In this document: positions 8,035-17,011 of the stretch, piece by piece
Layout of the letters: each line of letters opens with the position of its first letter
Position numbering within the stretch: the stretch's first letter is position 1
Source of the DNA: an uncultured Peptococcaceae bacterium
GTDB lineage: Bacteria; Bacillota; Dehalobacteriia; UBA4068; JAAVYR01
Direction: 5' to 3'
NCBI GenBank assembly: GCA_949739465.1
Contig: CATIYQ010000065.1
Location: 1-35,737 of the forward strand
DNA length: 35,737 bases
Position numbers and translations under genes: made by a program
The notes under the pieces: generated by a model
The model's database searches: none
Seen by the model: only the letters and a program-made list of their open reading frames with translations
Told to the model about the DNA's origin: nothing

Positions 8035-8730
8035 TTATTGATTGATTTGAAAATATGCCATCGGGTCTACCGGCTGATCGTTTTGAGATAAGGCAAACTG
8101 AATTTCTCCTTCCACCGCATTGCCAATGGTTGCCCCGGCGGCGATTTGCTGTCCTGCTGTTACTGACAAATCTTTCAGTCCACTATATACCATTTTCCAA
8201 CCGTTTTCACAAGTAACCGTTACCTGCCAATTACCCACATCACCAACAATGGTTGCCACTTGTCCAGCGCAGGCGTTAATGAGTTTACCCCCCTCCGGCG
8301 TTTTGATGGTGACACTATCCACCACCATATTGCCGTCCTCCCCTACGGAGAAGTTTTTTAGCACGATGCCGCTGATGGGAATCAAAAGAGAAGGATTATC
8401 TTCTCCTTCTTGGCTGCCATTCCCTATTACCCCATTATTTTCTGCAGGCGGCTGTTCTCCCTGAAAGTAAAGAGGCTGTAATACGGGAAGCAAATCTGTC
8501 TCCATATTCAGATTGTTAAATAACAATTGCTGCGTCGTTCTGCTCCAGTCATTATCCATTTTTATCACACCGGACACAGCAGCAAAAAGAATGCAACTCC
8601 AAATCACCTGCTTTACCCATAAACTGATTTTGGTTTTTCGCTGCCATTTACGCTCCCAGTTATTCTTGTTCATTGGTTCTCTCGGACGACTCTGTGCTGC
8701 GCCCATAGTGAAATCTCTTAGCTGACCCAT
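8035..8730 (-). CDS. Membrane-anchored protein with degenerate (non-catalytic) M23/LytM domain; SpoIVFA-like position
   Basis: 231 aa. TM segment VIWSCILFAAVSGVI. The C-terminal region has the LytM fold pattern (G.V....G..V.V....G....Y.GL....V..GQ.I..G..IG). The metal-ligand positions read VDSV, TCENG, YSGL and EIQFAL instead of HxxxD / H / HxH. GGAG 8 nt upstream of the ATG. Confidence 0.75.
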   Translation of the reverse strand: MGQLRDFTMGAAQSRPREPMNKNNWERKWQRKTKISLWVKQVIWSCILFAAVSGVIKMDNDWSRTTQQLLFNNLNMETDLLPVLQPLYFQGEQPPAENNGVIGNGSQEGEDNPSLLIPISGIVLKNFSVGEDGNMVVDSVTIKTPEGGKLINACAGQVATIVGDVGNWQVTVTCENGWKMVYSGLKDLSVTAGQQIAAGATIGNAVEGEIQFALSQNDQPVDPMAYFQINQ

Positions 8731-8789
8731 ATTTCATCACTCCAGACAGGCTTTTTTATTATATATATGTCCCACCTGTCCGAATATAA

Positions 8790-9962
8790 CTAAAATAATC
8801 TTTGCGCCGACCGCATATTCACATTGAGCACCAGTCCCAGAGCTAACATATTAATGAGCATACTGCTGCCGCCATAGCTCAAGAAAGGCATGGGAAGCCC
8901 GGTAATGGGCATAATACCAATGGTCATCCCGGCATTAATAAAAATCTGAAAGCCGAACATGGCAGCAACACCTACGACAATGAGACTGCCCAATAAGTCT
9001 TTGGCTCGATAGGCAATCATCACTGCCCGCGCCAAAATGCCAAAATATAACGCAAGCAGAAAGAAACTGCCAACAAAGCCCCATTCTTCTCCTGCCACAG
9101 AGAAAATAAAGTCCGTATGATGCTCCGGTAAGAAATTCCCCTGGACCTGAGAACCCTTACCATAGCCTTTTCCCCAGAGCCCCCCAGAACCAATGGCAAT
9201 TTCCGATTGAATCATATGATATCCCGTATCCAACGGGTCCATTTCCGGATTGATAAAGATAATCAACCGCGTCAGCTGGTAGCCTTTTAGCGGGATGAAC
9301 CAAGGCAGCTCCTCCGGTAAATGCTGATAGCCGTCTGTATAAAAAAACAAGACGAAGAAAATGAACAGCACTGCGAATAATATAATCAAAATAAACCAAA
9401 GCATGACTTTAGGGGGAAGTCCTCCCACCCAAAGCATAGCAAATAAAATCGCCACAAATACCAAAGAAGTACCAAGGTCAGGCTCTGCAAAAATAAGCAG
9501 CATGGGCAGTCCCATAAAAGCAAAGGCTGCTAAGATATTTTTCCACTCACCCATTTCATGTTCACGCTTGGCAAGGAAACAAGCAAAACAAATAATCATG
9601 AGGATTTTGGCAAGCTCCGAGGGCTGAAAATCCATAAATTTCAAATCATACCAACGGTGAGCGCCCTTCTGCGCCGGCATGAATAATACCCCCACCAGCA
9701 GCAATAGATTTACGCCATAAATTAACGGTGAAATGCGGGCAAAATATTGATAATCAAAAAAGAGCACGCACACTAAAGCAATAAGTCCCAGTACAATCCA
9801 TAAAAGTTGCCGTTTCACATAATAAAAGCTGTCGCTGCCTACATTGGTAGAAGCGCTTTTTAAAATCACCAGATTTACCACCAAAAGCGCCGCAACCATG
9901 GCAACGAATACCCAATCTATATTTTTCAGATATCTTTTTTCTATCACGAATCCAACTGCCAC
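8790..9962 (-). CDS. rodA: SEDS-family peptidoglycan polymerase RodA (FtsW/RodA/SpoVE family)
   Basis: 390 aa polytopic membrane protein. Family motifs include PSELAKI, EPDLGT and LPFLSYGGSS. Called rodA from context (min/mre/PBP2 cluster). GTG start at 9962 with a weak RBS, so the start is uncertain by a few codons. Confidence 0.88.
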   Translation of the reverse strand: MAVGFVIEKRYLKNIDWVFVAMVAALLVVNLVILKSASTNVGSDSFYYVKRQLLWIVLGLIALVCVLFFDYQYFARISPLIYGVNLLLLVGVLFMPAQKGAHRWYDLKFMDFQPSELAKILMIICFACFLAKREHEMGEWKNILAAFAFMGLPMLLIFAEPDLGTSLVFVAILFAMLWVGGLPPKVMLWFILIILFAVLFIFFVLFFYTDGYQHLPEELPWFIPLKGYQLTRLIIFINPEMDPLDTGYHMIQSEIAIGSGGLWGKGYGKGSQVQGNFLPEHHTDFIFSVAGEEWGFVGSFFLLALYFGILARAVMIAYRAKDLLGSLIVVGVAAMFGFQIFINAGMTIGIMPITGLPMPFLSYGGSSMLINMLALGLVLNVNMRSAQRLF

Positions 9963-10059
9963 CTATCTGCAAGGTTTTCTAACGTAAACAAAAAATCTTC
10001 ATAACAAAAAATCTCTGTTATGATGACGAAATTATGCTTGTTTTGTTGTCTATTAGTGT

Positions 10060-10120
10060 ATCCTAAAATAAGAAAAATGGCAAACAAAAATAATAAAAAA
10101 TAATTATTTTTGTTTGCCAT
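10060..10120 (-). terminator. Intrinsic terminator after minE
   Basis: Perfect 18-bp inverted repeat, 10077-10094 / 10103-10120 (ATGGCAAACAAAAATAAT...ATTATTTTTGTTTGCCAT), 8-nt loop. A T-rich tail (TTTTCTTATTTT) follows on the minus strand. The stem is AT-rich, so strength is uncertain. Confidence 0.55.
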
Positions 10121-10146
10121 AAAAAATATTAATTACCCAGCTAAAC

Positions 10147-10422
10147 CTAGCTGATATTTCTCTTTACACTCAAAATAGGAATATTTGCCACCAGAGACGC
10201 CGTACCGTCTTCATTGTTCATAGATACCTCTAACGCATCTTGGTCGATTTCCATATATTTATTGATGACAGCAATTAAATCTTCCCGCAAATGATTCATT
10301 ACATCTTCAGACATATTTGCTCTATCATGCACAAGCACCAAACGGAGGCGTTCTTTTGCTACGTCTTTACTACCGTTGCCATCCTTCCCAAATATACGGT
10401 TAATCACATCTGTAAAAGCCAT
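10147..10422 (-). CDS. minE: Cell-division topological specificity factor MinE
   Basis: 91 aa. KERLRLVLVHDR motif and overall MinE pattern. GGAGG 8 nt upstream. Confidence 0.95.
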   Translation of the reverse strand: MAFTDVINRIFGKDGNGSKDVAKERLRLVLVHDRANMSEDVMNHLREDLIAVINKYMEIDQDALEVSMNNEDGTASLVANIPILSVKRNIS

Positions 10423-10439
10423 TTATGATTCCTCCTTTA

Positions 10440-11231
10440 CTACTTGCTAAAGATGCTGCGGATTTTTTCAAAGAAACCGCCGGATTCTTCCAAAGACATC
10501 AGCGGCACTTCTTTACCGGTGATTCTTGCCGCAATATTTCTGTATGCTTGTCCCGCTTTCGACTTATCATCAAGAACAGCCGGCTCCCCTTTGTTGGTGG
10601 AGATAACGATAGAGTCATCATCCGGTACGATACCTAAGAGGTCAATTGCTAAAATATCCAGCATATCTTCGACAGACATCATATCCCCAGTTTTCACCAT
10701 TTTAGTTCTGATTCTGTTGACAACGAGCTTAGGAGATTTTAATCCTGCCGCTTCTAACAGACCAATGATTCTGTCGGCATCGCGGACAGCGGAAACTTCC
10801 GGTGTGGTAACAACAATTGCTTGTTCTGCACCTGCAATAGCGCTTTTAAAACCATGTTCAATCCCGGCGGGACAGTCGATGATGATATAGTCAAATTCAT
10901 CTTTTAATTTGGCGCACAAATCCCGCATTTGTTCTTCATTGACAGCCGTTTTATCTTTGGTTTGCGCAGCAGGCAGGAGATACAAATTTTCAAACCTCTT
11001 GTCCTTAATCATGGCTTGCTTCAAGCGGCAATTTTCTCTTACTACATCCACAATATCATAAACAATTCTATTTTCCAGCCCCATAACAACGTCAAGATTT
11101 CTGAGACCGATATCTGTATCCAACATCGCCACTTTATGTCCTAAAGCAGCAAGTCCGGTACCAATATTAGCGCTTGTTGTCGTTTTACCTACGCCGCCTT
11201 TACCAGATGTTACTACGATTACCTCACCCAT
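10440..11231 (-). CDS. minD: Septum site-determining ATPase MinD
   Basis: 263 aa. Deviant Walker A GKGGVGKTT. C-terminal amphipathic tail (FFEKIRSIFSK). AGGAGG 9 nt upstream. Confidence 0.97.
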   Translation of the reverse strand: MGEVIVVTSGKGGVGKTTTSANIGTGLAALGHKVAMLDTDIGLRNLDVVMGLENRIVYDIVDVVRENCRLKQAMIKDKRFENLYLLPAAQTKDKTAVNEEQMRDLCAKLKDEFDYIIIDCPAGIEHGFKSAIAGAEQAIVVTTPEVSAVRDADRIIGLLEAAGLKSPKLVVNRIRTKMVKTGDMMSVEDMLDILAIDLLGIVPDDDSIVISTNKGEPAVLDDKSKAGQAYRNIAARITGKEVPLMSLEESGGFFEKIRSIFSK

Positions 11232-11268
11232 TCAGTTTGTCCTCCTTTAATTTATCTCAATAAAATTT

Positions 11269-11649
11269 TTACGCTTTTTCACTGCTCGGCAAGAATCGTT
11301 CAATGACCACCGAGCCATCCTTGATTTTAGCAATTTCCGGATGTTCCGGAAGTGATATTGCCGCGCCATCCGGCGGACGGGTAATTAAGCTGCCGATACG
11401 CAACTGCGTCGGCGCCAAAGAAAAGGCGGTTACCGTCGCCCCTGCTTCTCCACTGGCACCGGCATGGACCACCCCTCTGAGCGCGCCGAAAACCACAATA
11501 TGACCTGCCGCTACAATTTCCGCGCCGGGATTCACATCGCCCAGCACCACCACATTACCGTCATAGTGGATGCTCTGCCCGGAACGCAATGTTTTTTGCA
11601 GCAGCAACGTCTTTTCATTATCTAAATTTTCTGCCAAAAACTGATTCAT
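11269..11649 (-). CDS. minC: MinC, C-terminal (MinD-binding beta-helix) domain only
   Basis: 126 aa from the ATG at 11649 (GGAGG 10 nt upstream). Sequence LRSGQSIHYDGNVVVLGDVNPGAEIVAAGHIVVFGALRGVVHAGASG...QLRIG is the MinC C-terminal domain. The track TTG start at 11688 adds 13 aa. It sits immediately downstream of a TATAAT-like box (11700-11705), so it is probably untranslated. Confidence 0.85.
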   Translation of the reverse strand: MNQFLAENLDNEKTLLLQKTLRSGQSIHYDGNVVVLGDVNPGAEIVAAGHIVVFGALRGVVHAGASGEAGATVTAFSLAPTQLRIGSLITRPPDGAAISLPEHPEIAKIKDGSVVIERFLPSSEKA

Positions 11650-11808
11650 TTGCCCTTTTCCTCCGTAAAATTTCACGGTTTCTCGCAAAATCTATTTTCT
11701 ATTATAACACCTTTTACCATTTCTACAAAACAGAAAAAAATTCCTGCTTTCTGATGAAACGCAAATAGAAACAAATTCTGACAGTTTTTGGCAATAGTCT
11801 CTTCCCGT

Positions 11809-13719
11809 CTACTCCATGGACTCCGGTAATTCGTCAGGCAGCGGTACACTGTTTAAACCAAAATATTCCTCAAAAACCGCCTTGCACACCAACCCCATAG
11901 AAGAACCGCCGTGAAAGCCGTATTCCATCACGCCGGCAAAGGCGATTTGCGGGTCATCATAAGGCGCATAAGCAACAAAGATACCATGATAGTCCTTATC
12001 CTTATCATCGCCCACTAAGCCCGTTTGGGCTGTCCCTGTTTTCGCCGCTACTTTGATATCAGCCGGAAAGTTGGCAAAGAGAGAACGAGCGGTCCCGTTC
12101 CTGCCGGTGGTTACCTCCAACATTGCCCGCTGTATCAATGCCAATTGTTCCGATGTCAGGCTCAATTCGCCCTGTACCACAGGTTCAAAGGTCCAGATTG
12201 CGATGCCGTCTTCCGTTAAAACTTGGTCCACCAGATGAGGTTGCATATTTTTACCACCGTTGGCAATGGTGGCAATATAATTTGCCATTTGAATAGGCGT
12301 AAACAAATTATATCCCTGTCCCATAGACATATAGTAAGTATCATATAACCGCCATTGTTGCTCCCAGCCGCTAAACCGTTGATTCTTCCATTCCTCGTTG
12401 GGCAACAACCCAGCAGCTTCCCCCGGTAAATCAATGCCGGTAGTATGCCCCAAACCTAATTGCCAGCCTGCCTGATACAATGCGTCACTCCCTGCCCGCT
12501 TAGCAATTTCCTGGAAATAGTTATTACAGGATACCCCTAACGCCTCATACATATTGACATTACCATGAGCGCGAGGACATTTCGCCTTGGGCTGCACCCA
12601 AGCAGAAGGCGTACAATTAATCCGTTCATTAGGGTCCCAGCCACCAAAGGCAACAGCCGCTACAGCCGTTACCATTTTGAAGGTAGACCCCGGCGGGTAA
12701 GTACCGGAAACCGCTCGATTAAACATAGGTTTTAAATTTTCGTCCCAATAATATGCCGTTTTTTCCTTAGAAAGCCCGGTAGCAAAATCATTAGGGTCCA
12801 TAAAAGGATAGCTGACCATAGCAAGAACGCCGCCTGTTTTCACATCCATAAGGACAGCCGCCCCTGCCTGGGCTTTTGGTCTGGTTTTTTGGATTTTACC
12901 GATCACTTCCACTAAGGTATCTTCCATGACTCGTTGCAGATTGCTGTCAAGGGTCAGCTTAATGGAGTTGCCAGTTACAGCATCCTGTGTACTTCTAGTC
13001 GCCACAGGACGGTGCTTAGCGTTTACCTCTACTTTTTGCGCACCCTTTTTCCCACGCAAACCGATTTCTTTACCATCAACGGTAAAGCGCTCCATGGTTT
13101 TTTCCAGCCCAGTTTTTCCAATCCAGTCGTTGTAGCTGTAACCGTAATTTTCTACTAAGTCTTGCTCATCAGCGCTAATCAGCCCGACTGTGCCGATGAC
13201 CTGCCCTGCAAGCGACCCCATAGGATAATAGCGAGTCGGTTCCTCCATAATCATCACGCCCGGTAAATCCACCCGCATTTCTTCTATCTGCGTAATGATG
13301 CTAAGTCCTTCCTCATAGGCAAACCGTTTGATAATAATCGGCTCATAGCTGCGCACATGGGTTTTGATTTTATCCAAAATAAATTCAGGCGTAATTTCCG
13401 GGTCCTGCAATAAGCCTGATAAAGTTTTTGCCACATCTTCCTTATCGTCAATTTCCGTAGAAATCAAAGCCACCGCATAGATAGGCTTACTGATTGCCAG
13501 CTCCTGCATATTTTTATCATAAATATTGCCCCGTCTTGCAGGGGTGGATAAAATACGGATTTGGTTACGATCGGACATGGTGGTATATTCGTCTGCCATC
13601 ACCACCTGCAAAAAGAAAAGTCTGCTTGTCAGCGCCGCAAGACAGATTGCCAAGAAAATGCCGATAGATTTAAACCGAAATAAATGTTCCGCATTTTTTT
13701 TATTTTCTAATTCAGACAA
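11809..13719 (-). CDS. mrdA: Penicillin-binding protein 2 (elongasome class B transpeptidase)
   Basis: 636 aa. N-terminal TM. Transpeptidase motifs STFK (GSTFKMV), SCN (VSCNNY) and KTGTA. Lies between mreD and minC. TTG start with GGAGGG 8 nt upstream. Confidence 0.92.
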   Translation of the reverse strand: MSELENKKNAEHLFRFKSIGIFLAICLAALTSRLFFLQVVMADEYTTMSDRNQIRILSTPARRGNIYDKNMQELAISKPIYAVALISTEIDDKEDVAKTLSGLLQDPEITPEFILDKIKTHVRSYEPIIIKRFAYEEGLSIITQIEEMRVDLPGVMIMEEPTRYYPMGSLAGQVIGTVGLISADEQDLVENYGYSYNDWIGKTGLEKTMERFTVDGKEIGLRGKKGAQKVEVNAKHRPVATRSTQDAVTGNSIKLTLDSNLQRVMEDTLVEVIGKIQKTRPKAQAGAAVLMDVKTGGVLAMVSYPFMDPNDFATGLSKEKTAYYWDENLKPMFNRAVSGTYPPGSTFKMVTAVAAVAFGGWDPNERINCTPSAWVQPKAKCPRAHGNVNMYEALGVSCNNYFQEIAKRAGSDALYQAGWQLGLGHTTGIDLPGEAAGLLPNEEWKNQRFSGWEQQWRLYDTYYMSMGQGYNLFTPIQMANYIATIANGGKNMQPHLVDQVLTEDGIAIWTFEPVVQGELSLTSEQLALIQRAMLEVTTGRNGTARSLFANFPADIKVAAKTGTAQTGLVGDDKDKDYHGIFVAYAPYDDPQIAFAGVMEYGFHGGSSMGLVCKAVFEEYFGLNSVPLPDELPESME

Positions 13720-13752
13720 GGAGCATTCCCTCCTCTCAATATGTTTAGCAGA

Positions 13753-14268
13753 TTAACCAATGTCGACCACATCCGCCCTTTTCAACCAGCCGTTTTCATA
13801 GCAAAAATAAAATAAAACATAAAGAAACGGCGCTAAAATACCATTGTAAATAGCAGCCACCACCATATAAGGCAATGTGTATTCCCATAAAGACAATTGC
13901 CACCCCAATAAATTTGCTCCGAACCAAAAAACACTTTCCGTAATAACAACAGCAAGCATAGTTGCTACAATGGGTATCCAGTAATTATCCCGGTAAAATT
14001 TCTCGCCCAGATAACCGCCGACCATACCGGCTAAAATACGTCCTAACATACCTAAACCGATGTATTGACCAATCAGCATGTCGCTAACAAAGCCTAAAAT
14101 ACCGCCGGCAACACCGCCATAGACAGGACCTTCCAAAACGCCTAAAAATACAATATAGATGAGTAACAAGTCCGGCTGCACCCCATAAATACGGATATGG
14201 GGCAGCCAGGTCTCTGACAATATCACAATGGAAAATGCAATCAAAAATAATGTAAACTTTCTCTTCAT
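13753..14268 (-). CDS. mreD: Rod shape-determining protein MreD
   Basis: 171-aa polytopic hydrophobic protein immediately downstream of mreC. Assignment rests largely on position and topology. Confidence 0.82.
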   Translation of the reverse strand: MKRKFTLFLIAFSIVILSETWLPHIRIYGVQPDLLLIYIVFLGVLEGPVYGGVAGGILGFVSDMLIGQYIGLGMLGRILAGMVGGYLGEKFYRDNYWIPIVATMLAVVITESVFWFGANLLGWQLSLWEYTLPYMVVAAIYNGILAPFLYVLFYFCYENGWLKRADVVDIG

Positions 14269-14281
14269 GGTTTTACCCCGG

Positions 14282-15169
14282 TTATTCTTTGGTTTGTAGC
14301 ACCATTACTTCTTCCAGACGGTCAAAGTCGACAAAAGGCGTTACCGTGACCTCTAACATAAGCCCCCCTGCCGCCGTCTGTATCTCGCTGATATATCCCA
14401 CCAAAAGCCCGGCAGGATAAATGCCCCCTAAGCCTGAGGAGATAACCGTTTGATTTTTCTGGATATTGGCATCATAAGGCACATGATTGAGCTGCAAATG
14501 ATTACCCAAATCCCCTTTGCCTTCTACCACCCCCGGCGTTCTGCTGGGCTGCACCAAGACGCCTACCGTGCCGTCCTTATCCAAAATCAGCAACACTTCC
14601 GAAGTGTATTCGCTGACAGAAATAATCCGTCCCACTAAGCCATCACCGTTCACTACAGGCATGCCTTTGCGAAAGCCTCGGTCCGCGCCGCCTTTGATGG
14701 TAACGGTATTATACCAAGAGCTGGAGTTTCTGGCAATAACAGGCGCTACCGTCATGGTGAACTCCTGTTCCAGCCGTTCCGACATGGCTAATAATTTGCG
14801 TAGGCGGCTGTTTTCTAAATCCACCTCTACCAGACGGCTGGTTTCCTTTTGCAGGGCGGAAATTTCTTCCTGTAAGCGCTGGTTTTCCGCTTCCAGTGTT
14901 TTCACACTGGTAAAGTAGCCGCCAAAAGAAGAAAATTGATTGCCCACCCAAATCAAACCGTTTTGAAAAGGCGCCATGACATCACAAAAGATTTTTTCAA
15001 TTGTTGACATATCGTCCCGCTTGGGACCGGTATGGTAAGCAATAAACAGAAAGATAATAATAAATGCGATAACGCCCCATATTACCCATCTGCGCCGCGT
15101 ATTCCGCAATCTACCCACACTCCATTTACCCTCGGTTTTACTCCGACGAAGAAAAGAGCTTTTAACCAA
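14282..15169 (-). CDS. mreC: Rod shape-determining protein MreC
   Basis: 295 aa. Basic N-terminus, then TM, then a coiled coil (LEAENQRLQEEISALQKE), then beta-rich domains with GMPVVNGDGLVGRI and GIYPAGLLVG motifs. The start (TTG at 15169) is uncertain. Confidence 0.9.
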   Translation of the reverse strand: MVKSSFLRRSKTEGKWSVGRLRNTRRRWVIWGVIAFIIIFLFIAYHTGPKRDDMSTIEKIFCDVMAPFQNGLIWVGNQFSSFGGYFTSVKTLEAENQRLQEEISALQKETSRLVEVDLENSRLRKLLAMSERLEQEFTMTVAPVIARNSSSWYNTVTIKGGADRGFRKGMPVVNGDGLVGRIISVSEYTSEVLLILDKDGTVGVLVQPSRTPGVVEGKGDLGNHLQLNHVPYDANIQKNQTVISSGLGGIYPAGLLVGYISEIQTAAGGLMLEVTVTPFVDFDRLEEVMVLQTKE

Positions 15170-15201
15170 GAAACCCTTGTGTTAAAAGCTCTTTCTTGTT
15201 T

Positions 15202-16239
15202 TTATCGGATATAATGATATTTGCCGTTTTTCGAAGAAGCCGCGCTCAAAACGTCAACATTTTCCAGGATTTTCCCAGTACCCAATACTACAGCATTTAA
15301 AGGCTCGTCCGCCAGATATACGGCAATACCTGTTTCTAAAGATAACAATTTTGGCAGCCCGTCCAAGAGAGAGCCGCCCCCTGCCATCATAATGCCGCGG
15401 TCCATAATATCTGCCGCCAGTTCCGGCGGAGTTTTTTCCAGACATGTTTTTACCGCGTCTACAATTTCTTTCACCGGTTCTACAAGGGCGGTATAAATCT
15501 CTTTGGCGCTAACCAATACGGTTTTCGGAAGACCGGTCAGCAAGTCCCGTCCCCGCACTTCGTAAACTTTATCTTTATTGGATTCCGTTAAAAAAGCAGT
15601 ACCAATGTTAATTTTGATTTCTTCTGCCATGCGTTCGCCAATGGCTAAGTTATAGGCTTTTTTTACATGGTTCATAATGGCGCTGTCCATTTCATCGCCG
15701 GCAATGCGAATAGAGCAGGAGTTGACGATGCCACCTAAAGAAATAACGGCAACGTCGGAGGTTCCCCCGCCGATATCTACAATCATGCTGCCGGTCGGTT
15801 CATAGACAGGAAGTCCCACGCCGATAGCGGCAGCCATTGGTTCTTCCACAATGTAAGCATGTTTTGCGCCGGCATTGAGGGCAGATTCTTTTACCGCCCG
15901 TTCTTCCACAGGAGTTACCCCGGAAGGCACACAAATGACCACGCGAATCTTTTCTAAGATTTTCCGACCCTTTAACGCCCGGTCAATATAATATTTCAGC
16001 ATGGTCTGGGTATATTCAAAATCAGCAATAACCCCTTCTTTAATGGGACGAATGGCTACAATATTCCCCGGCGTTCTGCCAATCATTTGCTTGGCAGCGT
16101 TACCTACCGCCAGCACCTTGCCTGTCCCTTTATTAACCGCAACAACAGAAGGTTCCTGCAAAACAATGCCTTGTCCTTTGGCGTAAACCAAAATATTTGC
16201 AGTGCCTAAATCTATACCAATATCTCTTGTTAAAAACAA
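15202..16239 (-). CDS. mreB: Actin-like rod shape-determining protein MreB
   Basis: 345 aa. [14 protein letters not shown] phosphate-1 motif and [14 protein letters not shown] start (16237-16239) with AAGG 7 nt upstream. There is no nearby in-frame ATG. Confidence 0.96.
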   Translation of the reverse strand: MFLTRDIGIDLGTANILVYAKGQGIVLQEPSVVAVNKGTGKVLAVGNAAKQMIGRTPGNIVAIRPIKEGVIADFEYTQTMLKYYIDRALKGRKILEKIRVVICVPSGVTPVEERAVKESALNAGAKHAYIVEEPMAAAIGVGLPVYEPTGSMIVDIGGGTSDVAVISLGGIVNSCSIRIAGDEMDSAIMNHVKKAYNLAIGERMAEEIKINIGTAFLTESNKDKVYEVRGRDLLTGLPKTVLVSAKEIYTALVEPVKEIVDAVKTCLEKTPPELAADIMDRGIMMAGGGSLLDGLPKLLSLETGIAVYLADEPLNAVVLGTGKILENVDVLSAASSKNGKYHYIR

Positions 16240-16295
16240 AATCGTTACCTTCTTTCAAATCAAAACAAACTAATATTTTTCTATTTTACCCAAAT

Positions 16296-16324
16296 ATTAT
16301 ACCGAAATAATTTTTTCACCGCAA
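16296..16324 (-). promoter_or_regulatory. Sigma-70/SigA-type promoter for mreBCD
   Basis: Minus strand reads TTGCGG (16319-16324), 17 nt, TATAAT (16296-16301). Confidence 0.65.
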
Positions 16325-16348
16325 TAGAAAAGCCCCAGGAAATCTTAT

Positions 16349-16948
16349 TTATTTCTTAATTTTTTCCGGAAGATAATCCCAGAGATTGATTTGCCAGGTT
16401 GCCAACATTTTTTTCAGCTTCGCCAGAGGCAGCCCCATCACCGTATAATAATCTCCGTCAATCTTCTCTACCAATAGAGCGCCTATTTCCTGGATGCCAT
16501 AAGCCCCCGCTTTATCCATAGGTTCGCCTGTTCTGATGTAGCGTGCCAAATCCCTTTCTTCTACCGGGTCAAAAACCACTTCCGTCTCGTCCACATCTAC
16601 CAGGCTTTCGCCTGTATCGCTGTTAATCAGGGCAATGCCGCTATACACACGATGACTGGTTCCGGCAAGCTCTGTCAGCATAGCAAGAGCAGCCTCTTCA
16701 TCTTTGGGCTTGCCTAGGATTTTTCCATTGATGGCAACCACCGTATCAGAGGCGATAATGATTTTATGCGTTACCGATGATGCCACCGCTTGTCCTTTGG
16801 CAAGGGCGTTGATTTTTACCACTTCCTCCGGCACACCGTCCTGGATTTCTTCTGCCGCCGATACCACCACTTCCGGCTGGATACCAATTTGTTTTAGGAT
16901 AGCCAGTCTCCTCGGTGAAGAAGACGCCAATACAAAGTTTTTTCTCAT
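16349..16948 (-). CDS. maf: Maf-family nucleoside triphosphate pyrophosphatase
   Basis: 199 aa. LASSSPRR..L, IIASDTVV and KAGAYGIQ motifs. Confidence 0.93.
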   Translation of the reverse strand: MRKNFVLASSSPRRLAILKQIGIQPEVVVSAAEEIQDGVPEEVVKINALAKGQAVASSVTHKIIIASDTVVAINGKILGKPKDEEAALAMLTELAGTSHRVYSGIALINSDTGESLVDVDETEVVFDPVEERDLARYIRTGEPMDKAGAYGIQEIGALLVEKIDGDYYTVMGLPLAKLKKMLATWQINLWDYLPEKIKK

Positions 16949-17011
16949 CGTTTCTTCCTGTTTTATTTTATTTTAGCTTATCTACCTTATACTTTACTGA
17001 ATGTTCTGATT

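Noticed and set aside
8731-8789. Possible SigE-type sporulation promoter upstream of the LytM-like gene. The minus strand reads TTATATT, 13 nt, CATATATA, resembling ATAxx-N14-CATACAxT.
   Set aside because: It has several mismatches and off-consensus spacing in an AT-rich spacer. No other sporulation gene in the window supports a sporulating lifestyle. The evidence is too weak to call.
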